Positions 49,566-60,168 of a DNA stretch of 64,000 nucleotides are shown here, one piece after another. Position numbers and translations under genes: made by a program. Source of the stretch: Tubiluchus corallicola (Eukaryota; Animalia; Priapulida); the NCBI GenBank assembly GCA_030141605.1, contig JAQGDQ010000700.1, positions 1 to 64,000 of the forward strand, given 5' to 3'. Numbering within the stretch: the stretch's first letter is position 1; every line of letters starts with the position of its first letter. The notes below the pieces were generated by a model that worked only from the letters and a program-made list of their open reading frames with translations, did no database searches and had not been told where the DNA came from.

Positions 49566-49644
49566 TGTATATATGCACATATATACAAATAATTTTAATA
49601 ATAAAAAATCGTTAAAATAATTACTACCCTCGACACTATTCCTA
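49379..49644. repeat. Near-perfect 266-bp palindrome with a microsatellite core
   Basis: About 65-nt unique arms are exact reverse complements (TAGGAATAGTGTCGAGGGTAG... / ...CTACCCTCGACACTATTCCTA); core is (TACA)n-TGCATGCA-(TGTA)n. Confidence 0.9.
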
Positions 49645-49694
49645 TGTATATATATATATATATATACAAATTGAAAATAAAAATATACAAAGTT

Positions 49695-49929
49695 TACAAA
49701 TAGAAAAAAGTGAAAAATAGCACACTTAGTAAAACACGAGTGGTACAATTTACTAACAATCTGACACTATTGTAAAACATCAGTCCTGAGACTGAACATA
49801 CACAATTTTATAAATGTATTGTGATTTTATTACTCTGGACTGCTGTTTTACAGCAGTGTCAGATTATTAGAAAATTGTACCACTCACGTTTCATTAAGCG
49901 TGCTATTTTTCACATTTTTTCTATCTGTA
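49695..49929. mobile_element. Fold-back / MITE-like imperfect inverted repeat (about 90-bp arms)
   Basis: GAGTGGTACAATTTACTAACAATCTGACACT versus AGTGTCAGATTATTAGAAAATTGTACCACTC. Confidence 0.75.
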
Positions 49930-50116
49930 CTCTTTTTTTCCCATGTCTGTCCCTTATTATGTTACACTTGTCATAAAAGAAGAAAACCCTAATATGCCTT
50001 ACCTGTGCTGACACTTACTAAGTTAAAGTTTCAACTTAGCGTAACGCAATTTTTTCTAATTTTGCGTAGATTACGTTTTCAATGAATGTACTGCCATCTA
50101 ACGAGAATATGCAGTG

Positions 50117-50235
50117 ATGTACAGAGCTTTAAAGCTGAGAAGAAAAGGTCGAATATGGGCTTTGTTCTTGCTCATCATAGCAGCGTTCGTTATGATACTG
50201 AACGAAAACAGAGAAAAACTGCTGCAATATGGAAG
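50117..50235 (+). CDS. Galactose-3-O-sulfotransferase, coding exon 1 (cytoplasmic tail and signal anchor)
   Basis: MYRALKLRRKGRIWALFLLIIAAFVMILNENREKLLQYG; AG|GTATGT phase-2 donor matching the phase-2 acceptor at 51428. Confidence 0.8.
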
Positions 50236-51427
50236 GTATGTGAAATTGAGCGCATGTATTTTATGTAAGTTTATCCTTTTATTAATTCCAAGCGCTGTTT
50301 GACTACATTTACATTTGACTGGCAACGTTAAAATAGTTAAGTTTTTATTGCGGATATAGAGAAACGTGAACTAATTGGCTTAGATAAATTTTGGTACTTT
50401 TCATTGCTGGTTTGTTGGAATTGTTGTACCGTTTCCGTAACGGATAAAATGATATTTCAGTCAGTGTTTTCAATGTGAACATCCAAGCCATATGGACGAT
50501 GAGATCGTTTAATGTTAATGGGATTCTCTGTTTAGTTGCGGTTGTTAGGGCAAAAAGCATCATCAGATCAAAGCATTGCTTTTGTTGTTTAATTACCAAG
50601 GTGAATAGGTGATATAAGAATATATCCTAAAAGATCATGGTTTTATTTAGATAATTACTTAGTTACTACCTCTAGCAAAAAACGCACACGGCACGAAAGT
50701 TTTCTACATCTACTGCTTATGATTGTCAAGGGAACATGTATATACAGCACTCACGGTACATTTTTGTGAGGACAAAAACTAAGAAGTGCACAAATTATTC
50801 TTTCTGATAAGAAGAACAAGAAGTTGTTCTTTAGCAGAAAATTGTAATGTAGTTTTGATTTTTTGTTTTATTTATAGTAATCTTTTGTAAGGGTAGCTCC
50901 TTTAGCGCTTAGCACTGCTTTCCAAGGAGGCCCTCAGGTTTTTACAAATATATACATAGATATACATATCACTCATGCAAATACATTACAACAGGCTGCG
51001 TTTATGATTTTTTAACAGGAAAAAATATTTATCAAGTATTAAACGAAACATAAAATTAAGTTTGTTACAAAATAAATAAAGTAACAATATATATATATAA
51101 AACTGTAATTTATAGCTGACATTAGGCTATTCAATACACAAAAATAAGTTTTAGAAAATCTTTTGTAAGTATGTAAAGATGACGTGTCCTTCGTGTGATT
51201 TTCCAAAGCACAGCTCCTGAATAATAAAAAGTACGCTTGCTATGCTCAATAGGTGATTAGATGATAATAATTGTGACCTTGTAACATGGTTATGAACACT
51301 TGCAGTTCTGATTCAGATATAATGGAGATATCATGTATTTAGACATTTGTACATCATTATTGCATTCATAAGGCGATTTTACCTTGATTAAGAAAGTGCG
51401 CGTAATTATTTCTCGTTTACTTTACAG

Positions 51428-52541
51428 ACTTCCATCAAGCACATCTGAAGCGCCCAATGATCCACATCCTATGCAGCTACCATCATCCACAGCAGATGCG
51501 TCAAGTGGAAAGGAAAAGAAGAACATCGTGTTCTTGAAGATGGTGAAGTGTGCCAGCAGTAGCGTCCAGAACATTCTAATGCGTTTTGGTTACAAGCACA
51601 ATCTTACCTTTGTCCTTCCCAGAATGGGTTACCATTTCGGGTTTAGACCATTTAATCCCAATCGGTTGGTGGCCCACAGCAGTAACGTCTACAACATGTT
51701 CTGCCATCACACCCGTTTCCATGCTCAAACCATCCCAAATATCATGCAGCCAGACACGGTGTACATTTCCATCCTTCGACAGCCGGGTACCATGTTCGAG
51801 TCCCTGTATACGTATCTTCAGTACAATCGCGAAATTGGGGTCGATTATCGTATATTCCTGGATGACCCATCCAGATTTTACAATCCGCAGAAGCAGACGC
51901 GAATTATGGCACGGAATCCAATGTCTTTCATCTTTGGACTAGAAACGGAAGACTTTAATGACATGAAGTACATAGCAGCTTTCATTGCTGACGTCACCAA
52001 GCGGTTTGACCTGGTCATGATTTACGAGTTTTTCGACGAATCGTTGGTGTTGCTAAAAGACCTTTTGGGTTGGTCCTGGGAGGACGTTGTCACGTTTCGG
52101 GTGAATGCCCGTCGGACCTCTCATAGGAGCAGCAACTCTTTTGAGCTGATGCAGAAAGCTGAAAAATGGAACTGGGCGGACATGCACTTGTACGCCCACT
52201 TCTTGAACATTTTCACCCAAAAGGTGACCAATTACGGTCGCCAGAGAATGGTGGAGGACGTAAGTCATCTGAGACTAATTACACAGGAGAAGTACGAAGA
52301 GTGTGTTGTGGGAGTGGTCACTGATTCACCCTTTCCCGGTCAAGGATTTCGTCTTCGAGGAAACACGAGTGAAGACTGTGCTTTGTTGGTAGAAGAAGAG
52401 ATGTACTTTACTGAGAAGATAAAGCATAAATTGTGGCCTGGGACAAAATTTCCGGATATTATAAAGTTGGCCAAGGAAAGAGCCCAGGGTGAAAAACTTG
52501 CTCAGAATCTTGATACCAAAGATCTTGTTAAATCATCTTGA
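51428..52541 (+). CDS. Galactose-3-O-sulfotransferase (GAL3ST family) catalytic exon
   Basis: NIVFLKMVKCASSSVQNILMRFG (5'-PSB), CHHTRF, ILRQP..FES.Y.Y (3'-PB), RNPMSFIFGL, FDLVMIYEFFDESLVLLKDLLGW, WNWADMHLY; AATAAA signals downstream at about 52565-52657. Confidence 0.92.
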
Positions 52542-52729
52542 TGTTAACGAAATGTTAGTTCAACAATAAATCGTATTTATTAAATTTTGTACGTTTAATA
52601 AATGTATACGCAATCCACATCATTTAAAGCTGTGCATGTTTAAAAATTAGCAATAAACGTTTTATTATTATTCATTCTTGCTGTAGAAGCGGAAGTGAGG
52701 CTGAATTGATACTGATTGAAAATATGTTG

Positions 52730-53205
52730 CTGTGAGACAGGGAAAAAGAAACGTAAGACGTTGTTAAATGAATCAGTGATTCAGAGATAAGGAAAAAGAA
52801 ACCTACGACGACGTAGACCGAATCAGTGGTTTACAGATAGAAAAGGAAGGAAACCTAAGATACTGTACCATAGGTTTAGCAAGTGATCGGTAGATATGAA
52901 AAAAGAAACCTAAGACCGTGTTGAGTGTATGTTAACGTGTGAGTTAATGATTCACAGATAGGCAGAAAGAAACCTACGATGTTGTAGAGTAAGTCAGTGA
53001 GTCACAGATAGACAGAAAGAAACCTACGATGTTGTAGAGTAAGTCAGTGAGTCACAGATAGACAGAAAGAAACCTACGATGTTGTAGAGTAAGTCAGTGA
53101 GTCACAGATAGACAGAAAGAAACCTACGATGTTGTAGAGTAAGTCAGTGATTCACAGATAAGAAAAAAATTCGCAGGCGTATTTACAGCGAGTCAGTGAC
53201 TCGTG
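52730..53205. repeat. 50-bp tandem repeat (4 near-identical units at 52952-53160 plus degenerate upstream units)
   Basis: Unit CACAGATAGACAGAAAGAAACCTACGATGTTGTAGAGTAAGTCAGTGAGT. Confidence 0.9.
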
Positions 53206-53652
53206 ACACTTTACAAGCGAGGATCGGACTTAAAATTCGTAGTATAGAAAGCGAATAATTACTTTCACGGTTAAACAAATTATTTTATTTTAAACTAACA
53301 ACATAATAGTGTATTATACCCTAATGCATATTCTACAGTTTTGTAAGCTGGACGTCTGACAGGTTTCATTATTTTACATTATTTATTAAGAAACACCCTA
53401 TTAACGGTATGCTTAAGTAAGCTATACACTATACGCATTAGGTGCGTGTATATAATATGCTGCGTCATATAATACGCAGGCTAGTGCTGTGTAAAAGAGT
53501 TTGCAGAGCTAATTATGCGCTCAAAAAGCAGACTGGTCAAGTCAGTGCTGCCTGTCAAATAACTTTGCTTTAAAACTGACAAGTTATACCTGTTTAGTTT
53601 GGCTTTACAACAAGTACGTTAAACGAAAGCAAATTTATGAAATTTAATGCTA

Positions 53653-55104
53653 TTAACCCCTACAGCCTTCAATGTCTAATTTCATAATCGGGTCGAAAAA
53701 TTCATTTTCCTTTTTTGTTATAAAAATCGGAGTCTTGCCGCTTTTCGTTTTCATTTGTTCACATTCCTTCGCTTCCGGATTAGTGGACTGGTAGCACGCA
53801 CTCCACACATCTATGCCTTGCTTTTTTGGAACCCAGTCCTCGGGAACTATACGAACCCCAGCTGCAGCAATTCTGTCCTTCAAGGTTACCTTGTAGCTTT
53901 TGGTAGGCTCAACAATGTTGTTGTTTTCCATTTTCTTCATCTGCGCTTCAGTTACAACGTTTAGTATCGCATGTTCTCCCTTGCTGTCTTTGTACCATTT
54001 CCACTTATTGTTTTGATCCAAATACTGAAATTTAAATTTGGTTACTAGACTTCCCGCGTACTGAATGTATTTATTTTGCACTGCTTCAGGCCAGTCGTGA
54101 ACGACTTGTTCATAACCAGGTTGTATTATAAACTCTCTAATTAGAATTCCAGTAATAAATCGAATTTCTATCATAGAACGGTAGTGAAAATTGTTTTGGC
54201 GACTTGCGGAAAACTCGAAAACGTATCCATCAGTATAAATTTTACTTGGATGGTTGTCTACTCTCCAGCCCTGCGCAAGTGATATGCCAAGGTTGCTTCT
54301 TTCCTGAATTTCATTGCCATCTGTCGGAAAGAGTGGGTGCTGGGGATCTGTTCCAATCAGTTTACCTGAAATATACTCCGACAAAGTGAGAGGTTTGCTG
54401 CCTTTTATCCGATCTTGAATTTCGGATTTGACTTCCTCGATCGTTTGCTTCTCTGTTTCCGAGTTATACTTAGTAATTTCCGATGCTCCCATGTCGAAAT
54501 ATCCCACCATAGCAAATTGTTGTGAAGCCAGATTATCTAATGCCGACATTTTCGCATTTTTACCGGAGCATTTGTACCTGTCTGCCTCACCCACCTTTAT
54601 GTCGCAGTATCTTCCGGCTACCTTAGGAGGACATTCGCAGATGTAGCCATCGGATGTGTAGAGGCGATTTTCTTGGAAAACGATATTGCGACATGTGGAG
54701 CCACTGCTGCATATGTGATTTTTGGTCGAACACTCGTCAATGTCATTCTCGCACATTTTACCAGTAAATCCAGGCGGACAATCGCAATTAAAGTCCCTAT
54801 TACCATTCGTGGTACATTTCGCTATCTTGCCTGTTTCCATTCCGCAGATCCAATTTGAAAATATCATGCTTTTACACATGTCAATGTTTTGAAAATTGCT
54901 GGGAACAAGGTATGTCAGTGCTATGCTAAAAGCTTGATTTCTAGCCGCAGCCGTGCCAAACATAATCCTGGCGTTTTTTTCATCTTCTTCGGCCAGCATT
55001 TTGTCTCGATTTGGTTCCATTAAAAATTTGTCATAACCCCAACACAAAGTCAGAAACTGATGGACAGAAATCGTCCATAGTAGAACCCCACGAGGCCTGC
55101 CCAT
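53653..55104 (-). CDS. Intronless secreted protein: signal peptide, EGF, Ca-binding EGF, divergent F5/8 type C (discoidin) domain
   Basis: MGRPRGVLLWTISVHQFLTLCWG signal-like segment (alternative ATG at 55143); CDCPPGFTGKMCENDIDEC and CECPPKVAGRYC EGF motifs; VTKFKFQY..KWKWYKD, IAAAGVRIVPEDW and IMKLDIEGC match C-terminal FA58C strands. Confidence 0.8.
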   Translation of the reverse strand: MGRPRGVLLWTISVHQFLTLCWGYDKFLMEPNRDKMLAEEDEKNARIMFGTAAARNQAFSIALTYLVPSNFQNIDMCKSMIFSNWICGMETGKIAKCTTNGNRDFNCDCPPGFTGKMCENDIDECSTKNHICSSGSTCRNIVFQENRLYTSDGYICECPPKVAGRYCDIKVGEADRYKCSGKNAKMSALDNLASQQFAMVGYFDMGASEITKYNSETEKQTIEEVKSEIQDRIKGSKPLTLSEYISGKLIGTDPQHPLFPTDGNEIQERSNLGISLAQGWRVDNHPSKIYTDGYVFEFSASRQNNFHYRSMIEIRFITGILIREFIIQPGYEQVVHDWPEAVQNKYIQYAGSLVTKFKFQYLDQNNKWKWYKDSKGEHAILNVVTEAQMKKMENNNIVEPTKSYKVTLKDRIAAAGVRIVPEDWVPKKQGIDVWSACYQSTNPEAKECEQMKTKSGKTPIFITKKENEFFDPIMKLDIEGCRG

Positions 55105-57433
55105 GCTACTACCGTTGTTAGCAAGCCTAACTAACCATTTCATTACAGTTAAATTTAAGCAGTTAACTAAACTCCTGACTTGCGCTCCTGACACAATAAA
55201 TCAAGTTCACATTTTTAGAATTTCACGGTAAGTTCCATTTTAGTCTGGACCTCGTAAAAATTTTCCGTCGTTCTAAGAAGATGTTCTATGTAAAAGTATT
55301 TACCCTACATTGTCAAAAGTGACATTGTTTTACGTATAGATTTCTAAATACAGGAAAACTGTTGTCAAACGCTTACTTTTTATACCGTCACTTTTATGCC
55401 CATATTTAAATCTATATCTTCGTATATAATCTTACGGAAAAGATGAGATAGTGAAAACTTAATCAGTAAAAGCTGTCGTCTGTGAAGGTAAGCTACGTAT
55501 CTTATAGTAAAAATAGCAGTTAATCTAATTTTGCGCAGTGTAGAAGACGCAATAATACATAGATATTATAATTGCACAGTTTATCATAGTCTGATAATAG
55601 TTTATCGCAGCTGCTTGTCAATCCAGTTTTCCCCCGGCCTCTTATGTGCGGAATTTTCGACCAGAAAGTTGTTTCCCTGATTACTACAGCATTTCCCGCT
55701 TTAATAAGACGTTCAACGGATATCTCCTATCACGAGCAAATTAAACACTCAATTGCAGAATTTACATCAATGTGGATGTTCACGGCGGAACTGGAATCTG
55801 TTTAATTATAAAGATATTTTTTAAGGTGAGAGACAAAACCCGCAGAGTCGCGTTCAGATTTAAATACATACCCATTTTATGAACTAAACTGGCAGAGAGC
55901 GAGAACTGCGAGCGAAAATTGTACCTACCCGTCACCTACCCATTCACTAACCAACTTCGGTGTTGCTTAACTTTGGTTAATTTTGTTAAGCGCACTCCAT
56001 GTCCATTAGGCATTTACCTCGCCCGATATTGATTTCCTTATTTATTAAATTTCCATGCATAGTACATTCGTTTTGTACGTTAAAAATAGCAATGTGTAGG
56101 AAATAATTTAAAAAATAAAAGACATGACAAAACTCGCAGTAGATAGACAAATAAGCATAATAGGAGTAGATTTAAGCAGAAAAAGACATATTTTTATGGT
56201 AATTTTTGGTAGAGATGGAGACATTTTATCTCACATAATGCATTCAGGTTATTAAACTTTAGATATTATTATGAGATTATCACGGATGAACAATATTCCC
56301 TTTTCACTACTAGAAATCAATACGGGTTGATCATTTAAATGCCTCGATCTACCTTCACCTTGCTTGAGCATCAAAACAATGAGTACCTCCTTTGTGTTGT
56401 TGATGACGGTCGTCCCAATAACCTGTTTTGGTAGCCAGCTGTGAAAGTGAGAGTCGGCAATGTTAGAGCACAATAGGATGATTTGTGCCAAAATCAACGA
56501 TGCATCATAACGTTGATTTTAAACGCGAAGGAATGCATCTCGTATTGATCAAACCAGGTAAGAAATTTCTCAATAATTCGTTCACAGCAAGCGTCACTAA
56601 TACTGAATTATTAATTCGACGCAGTGGGGTATCATTGATGAGGACTATGATAATGATTACGTGATGAGAGTTTGTTTGAACAGCTATAGTTTAAGTTGCT
56701 AATGCCACTTTGTATATTTTTCGCAGTTACATTTGATTTAATAGAGTGTGGTGATAACTGTGTGTCATATAAGGTGAAAATCTAATGCTGATTTCTGAAA
56801 TAAATATCACTCGTTTACGTCATTTCAATGTCACGTGAGAAGAACCCGAGAATTACGCATTAGAAAGCTCTTATTTTTGCCCGCCATCGTTTTTGAAAGC
56901 GCTTATTTGCTGCCCTTGTATCATGCTTGTTTCAGTTTAGCGTTTTGTTTTTCAGTTTGAGTGTAAACACCAATTAGCTCTACGCTGTGAAGGTCTAGAA
57001 TGAAGACGAAATAACTGACATGTAGTGGAATGTAGTCCCAATTTTCTCGAGTGTAATTACCATTTTCGTGTATGAGAAAGAGGCCACCAATTTAGTCTGT
57101 TACTTACAGGCGTCATATTTAACTAATCTGGGTAAGAATGGATCTTACACAGAGTAGACAGATTCACGTCTGCGGGTTCCTAACTTATTATGCACCCAAG
57201 ACTAGACGATCCTACATGTGGGTGCAGCTGTTTTTGCAGCGGAGCAACTAGATGGAACACTTCATCCATGGAATCTGTGTGAATTTTTAAGCCGTGTGAT
57301 GTGAGAAACGTGCAGCTAAAATCGTGAGTTTGCTGGGGTCTTTTTCTAGCAATGCTCACTAAGCACTGAGACTGAAAAATATGTAATTGGCTAACAGACG
57401 AGATTCTGTGTCGATAACTCGAGAAGTGAAACA

Positions 57434-58849
57434 ATGAACAGATTATTTTTGTTGTGTACATTTATCGTCATTGGATTGCTCATCATTAGAATATGGATCA
57501 GTGCAGTTCTAGTCGCCAAACAGTCACAGTTCATCATTAGTCTCAAGTCTTATGGGTATCCAGTAAATGTGACCTCGGCAAGTCACACGGAGTGTAATCT
57601 TGAAGTGATCCCACCTGGTTTCATACTGTGGAGCAACAAATTTTGGCAAGAGCAGAAAGATTTAGATGGCCATTTATTTCTATACTCGTCTTTCAAGGAT
57701 GTTGGTAAACGAGTGACGTACGTGCGCATTTTTGCAATGAGCGAAAAACGTCTAGAAGACAACTTAAAAATATTTTGTTACTTGTGGCCTGATAACAAAT
57801 ACTTACCAAATGTGGTTGTAGCTGATATTCATCATATCTGGATAGACGCATGGGACAAACGATCCAAGTTCCATTCACCATATATGTTTTCTTGTCGCCT
57901 TGATCCAAACGATCCAAAAAATTATACTCACGTGTCTGTCGCCTTCAATAAGTGCAGTCAACTGACAAATTCTCTGAAAATAATCTCAGAAGTGAACTCC
58001 TCAAAGAAATCTCAGTTTGCAGTGTGTTTGAAAGGATTGGACTTTGCAGAAGACATATCAGAGCGGTTAATTGAGTGGATCGAGTTGCATCGAATTCTGG
58101 GGGCGAGAAAGATACTAATCTACAAGTTTCACGTCCACAGCAATGTAACAAAAATTTTAGACTTCTACGAAGCTGAAGGATTTGTTGACATCTATCCCAT
58201 CACACTGCCAGGTAAGCAGCCAAACGCGTGGAAAGAAAGAACTGCTTACCTGAAAAACGACTCGCCTCACAAACGGCGTCACGAGATACTCTTTTACAAC
58301 GATTGTCTTTACCGACTGAAGAACATCTATAAATATGTAGTGCTTGTGGATGTTGACGAAGTTATAGTTCCTGTTAACAGCTCCACCTGGTATGAGCTTA
58401 TGAAAACTGTGCGCACGGAAATCGAAAGCTCAAACAAAACTGTTATTGCCCATAAAGGACCAATGACAATTAAATGGAAAGTAAAAAAGTACGCCTCATA
58501 TTACGCAAGCAATATTTACTATTTAGACGATCATGTTGACAATTCTAGTCATTTGTACTTCCTGCAGAGGAATATTCGAAATGAATCGTTTCTTCGGAAA
58601 GGGTACGGTGTTAAAAGTTTCTTTGATACCGACGGTGTGGTGACTTTGTACAATCACCAGGTGATAAAATGGGAGCCAAATTATGGGCAAACGTACCACA
58701 TACCGTACAGTTTGGCGAGGCTGCATCATTACAAACCCTCTAATATAATTTCAAATCACGTACCAGTGGAAGATACTCTTTTACATAAATATAAACAAAA
58801 ACTGACGTCAAGGACTGAAAAGGTGTTGAAACAACTTGGACGCTTGTGA
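57434..58849 (+). CDS. Glycosyltransferase family 92 (DUF23) type II membrane protein; CDS in a single exon
   Basis: N-terminal TM segment, LFLYSSF, FAVCLKGLDF, RLIEWIELHRILGA, NDCLYR, DxD motif VDVDEVIVP, VKSF, HHYK; AATAAA at about 58894. Confidence 0.9.
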   Translation: MNRLFLLCTFIVIGLLIIRIWISAVLVAKQSQFIISLKSYGYPVNVTSASHTECNLEVIPPGFILWSNKFWQEQKDLDGHLFLYSSFKDVGKRVTYVRIFAMSEKRLEDNLKIFCYLWPDNKYLPNVVVADIHHIWIDAWDKRSKFHSPYMFSCRLDPNDPKNYTHVSVAFNKCSQLTNSLKIISEVNSSKKSQFAVCLKGLDFAEDISERLIEWIELHRILGARKILIYKFHVHSNVTKILDFYEAEGFVDIYPITLPGKQPNAWKERTAYLKNDSPHKRRHEILFYNDCLYRLKNIYKYVVLVDVDEVIVPVNSSTWYELMKTVRTEIESSNKTVIAHKGPMTIKWKVKKYASYYASNIYYLDDHVDNSSHLYFLQRNIRNESFLRKGYGVKSFFDTDGVVTLYNHQVIKWEPNYGQTYHIPYSLARLHHYKPSNIISNHVPVEDTLLHKYKQKLTSRTEKVLKQLGRL

Positions 58850-59049
58850 CACCTGTTGGATGTTATTCTGAACTACTTTATTGAACAATGCAAAATAAAT
58901 TGTTACTGAATTGAAATCTCGTTTGAATAACAAACAGCACAACCGATGACAAAAAGAACATGGAGATGAAGTTTCTTAAGTGACACGCTTCGAGTTGTGC
59001 ACCAAGTAATTATCAATGATTTTTTCGTCGTCTAAGTGCTACTACGTTC

Positions 59050-59400
59050 TAAAACATGACACATCCCACCTGTTGATGCTCCGCATTCCTGTCCACAGCC
59101 GATGATGCGTCATCCCTCAAACCTAGAGTTGTATTTGTTAAAACTTTTTGCATTATCTATGTCGTTTCAAGAGCTTTACGTAATGCTATATGATGAGGAG
59201 AATCTTCAGGTGTGCATCTTAGTGCATGCCCAATCCAATACAATCTTCTTACTTGTTTATTCCATGTCCAAGGGTTTTTCTTCAACACATCATACAGAAC
59301 ATTATTGGATACTCTGTCTGGACATTTAGTTGCTAATAATTTTCTATAGAGACGTCTTTGAAAAGTACTAAGTTCCTTCTGCTGTTTAACTTTTATTAAT
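59050..59400 (-). mobile_element. Decayed RTE-type LINE 3' fragment
   Basis: IKVKQQKELSTFQRRLYRKLLATKCPDRVSNNVLY...RRLYWIGHALR (RRLxWxGHxxR motif); homologous to 36900-37365. Confidence 0.75.
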
Positions 59401-59792
59401 TTTGTGCAAACGAGCAAAAACAGAAAGAATCTAATAATTAACACTTGTGTTAACTCGAGAAGTTATACACGAGAAGCATAACTCGTAATTAAGAGAATAC
59501 TATGCTGAAGTTTATTCATAAGACGTTTCGCGTTGTGCACGAACAACTCGTTCTCAATTATGCAGTGCACATCTGTAAACACAGAAAGAATCTAATAATT
59601 AACAGTAAGTAATTAAACGAGTCAATATAAGAGTTAGTTGTTGTAGATTTTTGCTGATTAATATAAGAGTTAGTTGCCAGATTTTTGCTGTAACAGTAGT
59701 TTGCGAATCTGCACTACATGATCGATAGTGATAGAAGTCGAAACGACTCATTAATGAAGTGCAGCATGAAGTTGTTTTTATCATTGGTTATG

Positions 59793-60168
59793 CTGCCTAT
59801 GATACACCAAAGAGTCCAGCGTCTGCCGTCTGAAAACGATAAATGGTCCCTCAGTACGTGAAACCAAAGATTTTGGCAGCAAAGATGCTCATAACTAGAC
59901 GCTGAAAGACAGAGAGTCCATGACTCCATGTCGTGTCTATTACTCAATCAGTCAATGATGACTGGACCTGCAATTCTGAGACAACATACCCGATTCTTAC
60001 AATCATTGGCAAAAGTTCAAAACCATCTTGCAAAAGACCATCTTCCAAATTCGAATCATAATTGAAATTTCTAACAGACTGGTTTTATTTTCGTCACAAA
60101 CCTTTTAAATTGCATAATATTTGCAGTAGGTTTTTCAGACGCTGGACGCTTTGGTGTATCATAGGAAT
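59793..60168. mobile_element. TIR-bounded non-autonomous element
   Basis: CCTATGATACACCAAAGAGTCCAGCGTCTG ... CAGACGCTGGACGCTTTGGTGTATCATAGG inverted termini. Confidence 0.6.

Noticed and set aside
49368-49748. YIHT/MYVC-repeat ORFs on both strands
   Set aside because: Products of the palindrome and microsatellite.
51384-51427. ORF-track TTG start for the sulfotransferase
   Set aside because: This is intron sequence ending in TTTACAG; the real N-terminus with the signal anchor is the exon at 50117-50235.
52952-53160. CRISPR-like array
   Set aside because: Contiguous 50-bp units with no unique spacers, eukaryotic context and no cas genes.
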